NCBI GenBank assembly: GCA_010909165.1
Contig: MU008167.1
Location: forward strand, 496,001-560,000
Length of the DNA stretch: 64,000 bases
Direction: 5' to 3'
From: Anthoceros angustus
Lineage: Eukaryota > Plantae > Anthocerotophyta
Made by a program: the position numbers and the translations under genes. Shown one piece after another: positions 60,907 through 64,000 of the stretch; positions within the stretch are counted from its first letter, which is position 1, and every line of letters starts with the position of its first letter. A model generated the notes under the pieces. It worked only from the letters and a program-made list of their open reading frames with translations, had not been told where the DNA came from and did not search any database.

Positions 60907-61629
60907 AAGTCACCCCATCCTTATGCCCTTCGGTCGTTCACCCCCCTTTTACCTGTCCCGACCTTATTTCCCCTTTCTCGCCTTATTTTCCCCTCCACAC
61001 TAACAAAAAAACAAAAACTAGCTCATTACCTACTAAGGGGGAGAGCCCACGGTCCACAGCTGCTTCGACAACACTTTGTTGTACGCCTGTGACATCAGCC
61101 ACGCAATAAAACATTGGCTATGCTTTGGGAGGCATTTGGTGATGTTGTTGCTATCCAGAAATGAGAAAAGTGCAGAGCATTGCATCTGCCCTAATCACTG
61201 AACAGTCGAGGCTGTGAGCACATCATTGCCTCCCTTCGATGCCAAAACTCAGCCTCGGAGTAAGGCTTTTCCGCGTTCTAACCAACGTCATGATTTTAAA
61301 ATCATTCGAACAAGAGAAGAGAACACTCATGTCTGGAACTCCGTAGTTAAGCGTCCTTCGAACGAATCAATACTTGGATGGGGTATCGTTCATTCCAGCT
61401 GTTAGTGTCTTAAGGAAGAAGAAGAAGAATTTTATATAAGTCCAATAAGGATGGATGTCCGTCATGGGACTGAAATATGATAACTACTACACAATCTATG
61501 TAACATAGATTGTAGTAAAATGATCTGGACGACTATAAAGGTAAAATTCAAACAAGACAAATAATCTTCAATCACTCAACAGTGTCAATGAAATTGCGTG
61601 AATGAGGGCTAAACACCACCAATTCATCC

Positions 61630-62363
61630 CCACCAAAGAAAGCCACTTGATCTGCAGCACGAGCTGCTCTGAAAGCGAGTAACTTCTCCTTCTTAGTCTT
61701 TCATTGCAATGGTGTAAGATCCTCATTGATATATAACAGAGTTGTCCGTAACATAGACTTAGCCTTCATAACCTGGAGGCGATCATCCATAGAGTGAAAA
61801 GTTATAATCAATATGCGCTCACTACTAGGATCCTTTCCAAGCCAGAAGGCTCAAAGAACGACCACATCAACCTCTAGCCTATTGAGAAACTCCTTTGCAG
61901 CCACAAGTAGTGCAACAATGTTATTACCAAGACCAGAAATTCTCAAGTTCAAGGCACAGTGAGCACGGTCCGCCGTCTCGGAAACAACTTCCGATACTAT
62001 GTTGCCACTAGGACAAGAAGGAGCAAGGGGAATATTAATCCCTAGACTAGTAAGCTTCTCCAAATATGTAGGTAAAACTTGTTTCGTTGAAGTGAAATGA
62101 TTTTCCAAATTTATGGCTTTCTCCTCTATGGTCCGTGAAAAAACTTCATTTTGTAACCCTTGCTCCACCAACCTTTCCGAGAGTCTTCCAACCTGATCAT
62201 CCAAACCTTGCAACTTTTTGGCCATATAACTGTGCATTTCTTCCCTCTGAATAAACTCGAGAATAACCTTCTTGTAGCCTTCTAAACTAGGTGCCAGATC
62301 TGCCTTCGACAAGCAACCCACACAAGGAACAGGAATTTGTAAGGCATTGACTTGCAAAAGCAA
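61630..62363 (-). mobile_element. LINE ORF1 remnant (coiled coil plus RRM-like L1/L2-type domain)
   Basis: A coiled coil, then NLRISGL..FLNRLEV, then ILIITFHSMDDRLQVMKAKSMLRTTLLYINEDLTPLQ*..AARAADQVAFF, matching the NLRI-G...+++.F...R..L....L....+.EDLT pattern of LINE ORF1 proteins. Confidence 0.65.
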
Positions 62364-62639
62364 AGAATCAAACTTGACCTAGAAAGACGCCTCAAAATCT
62401 TTAGCTCATGAGCTTGCCGATTCAAGATCCTGTTGCAATTTTCTAATGATAACATCCTAACTATTAAATCTCTTATCTATAGGTTCATCCATTGCGGAAT
62501 TGTATTCATCCCCCTCGTCCTCCTGGCCCTCCTCACCCCCTTCGTCCTCCAAGTCTCATGCCTAAGATTGGTGCTTAGCCAAAAGAGACTCATATTTTTC
62601 CCTTAAGGAAATATTCTCCGCCTCAATATTAAGTATTCT

Positions 62640-62850
62640 AGTCTCCAATATAGATACCACGTTGTGTTCATATTTCCAATACAGATACCACGTTGTCTTC
62701 ATATTTCCAATACAGATACCACGTTGTCTTCATATTTGTTCTCAATACTACGTAATCTAGTCTCCAATACAGATATCGCGTTGTCTTCATATTTGTTCTC
62801 AATACTACGTAATCTAGTCTCCAATATTGATACCCTGTTGTCTACATATT
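62640..62850. repeat. Composite 29/57-bp minisatellite
   Basis: CCAATACAGATACCACGTTGTCTTCATATTT repeats directly, then alternates with GTTCTCAATACTACGTAATCTAGTCT. Confidence 0.85.
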
Positions 62851-62918
62851 TAACTGTTTTACGCTTACGACAATAGAAGCCATAACCTCAAAAAATCAAC
62901 AAAAATAAAAATAACTGT

Positions 62919-63058
62919 GACCTCCTCCACACCACCCACCACAGCCGCCGCACCAAAAACCCTAAATCATGTCCTCACCAAGACCTCCTCCACACCACCC
63001 ATCACAGCCGCCGCACCAAAAACCCTAAATCATGTCCTCACCAAGACCTCCTCCACCC
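62919..63058. repeat. 63-bp tandem repeat, about 2.2 copies
   Basis: GACCTCCTCCAC recurs at 62919, 62982 and 63045. Confidence 0.9.
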
Positions 63059-63249
63059 CATGCTCACCGCAATATCAACCCCAACGCCCCATGCTCCAGA
63101 GCCACATAGGCCACCACAAAGCAAGCCCTAAATCCTGGGACATGCCCCACCGCACACGGCACCGCACCGCACATTGCAAGAAGGAAGGAAGAATATACGA
63201 TCTGGGATCACTCTAGATCACATTCCGGTGCGCGACTTCGACGACCACT

Positions 63250-63445
63250 TAGAAATATCCAGATCTTCATTGAATACTTCGAAATATCCAGATCTTCGAT
63301 GAAATACTTAGAAATGTCCAGATCTTCGATGAATACTTAGAAATATCCAATCTTGGACGAATACTTAGAAATATCCAGATCTTGGATGAATACTTAAAAT
63401 ATCCTGTTCAAATTCCAGCTTCGGACTTCGATGAATACTTAAAAA
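63250..63445. repeat. 29-bp minisatellite, about 6 copies
   Basis: Unit ATCCAGATCTTCGATGAATACTTAGAAAT, repeated with decay. Confidence 0.88.
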
Positions 63446-64000
63446 GGTCTATAAAGTCTCCAAATTCAGTAAAAAAGAGAAATCGGAGAGATTTGATAAA
63501 CGTATGTAAATGGTGGGCACGCAGGGAGCACTGGATGGTTAGCGCCGCTTTCCATGCAGCCGAAACAAAACCAAAACTACTAAAAACAGTGTATTCCGCT
63601 TTTGGTGGGAGGAAAGATTCCCAATTTCGTTTTGGCCCTCCTCCTCTCGCCAACATTCTTACACATACATTCGGCCCTTCACCAAGACATCCGTCACTTT
63701 GAGACCACATTGTTTCTTCTTCGTCGCAGAGATTGTCGTGACACCGAGGTCATGCAAGACACCGAGCCACGTAATCGAAATGGCATTGGCATTTGGTTCC
63801 CGATTCCCAGCAACCTCCTCTTCAATGGCAGCAATTTTTTATGCCTTCCTCTCAGCGACATCATGATGAGAGGTCTCCATTGCCTTCTGTAGTTCCACAT
63901 AGACCTCCTCCTCCCTTTGGTCCATTGCCTCCACCTCCACCAATGCGAATATCCTAGAAAAACAACGATTGTCTTGTGCTTCAGGCAGCTGTGAGAATCG

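Noticed and set aside
62940-63040. AAACCCTAAA telomere-like motifs
   Set aside because: Single units inside a 63-bp repeat, not a telomeric array.
1-64000. tRNA, rRNA or snRNA genes (possible CRE target sites)
   Set aside because: No recognisable T-loop/cloverleaf or snRNA signature was seen by eye; tRNAscan-SE or Infernal would be needed to exclude them.

Overview
Eukaryotic nuclear DNA from a compact land-plant genome, most likely a non-seed plant (a hornwort- or lycophyte-like genome is a guess from short ~70-150 bp introns, high genic GC and the transposon types). Recognisable genes: a broken LRR(-malectin) receptor fragment, FIP37/WTAP, an AT1G15740-like LRR protein, QTRT2, plastid RPL12, a D-2-hydroxyacid dehydrogenase, B12D/NDUFA4-like, a cluster of GNA/bulb-type lectins, RBR, a tail-anchored 4xFN3 protein and a SPA1-like gene. 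Between them lie decayed Copia, Gypsy, LINE and at least five CRE-clade (REL endonuclease) retrotransposon fragments, plus many minisatellites. Best leads: (1) all-or-none intron loss, with RBR and three other normally intron-containing genes fully intronless beside genes that keep many introns, and RBR still having E2F sites upstream; (2) two near-identical microhomology-bounded tandem duplications, one making a chimeric lectin and one duplicating the RB B-pocket in frame; (3) an AT-rich FN3 membrane-protein ORF directly behind a 5x array of tRNA-iMet primer-binding-site-like units. Scattered 1-2 nt homopolymer indels point to an imperfectly polished long-read assembly, so all frameshifts and both duplications need checking against raw reads. 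All homology calls are from motif recognition, not database searches.
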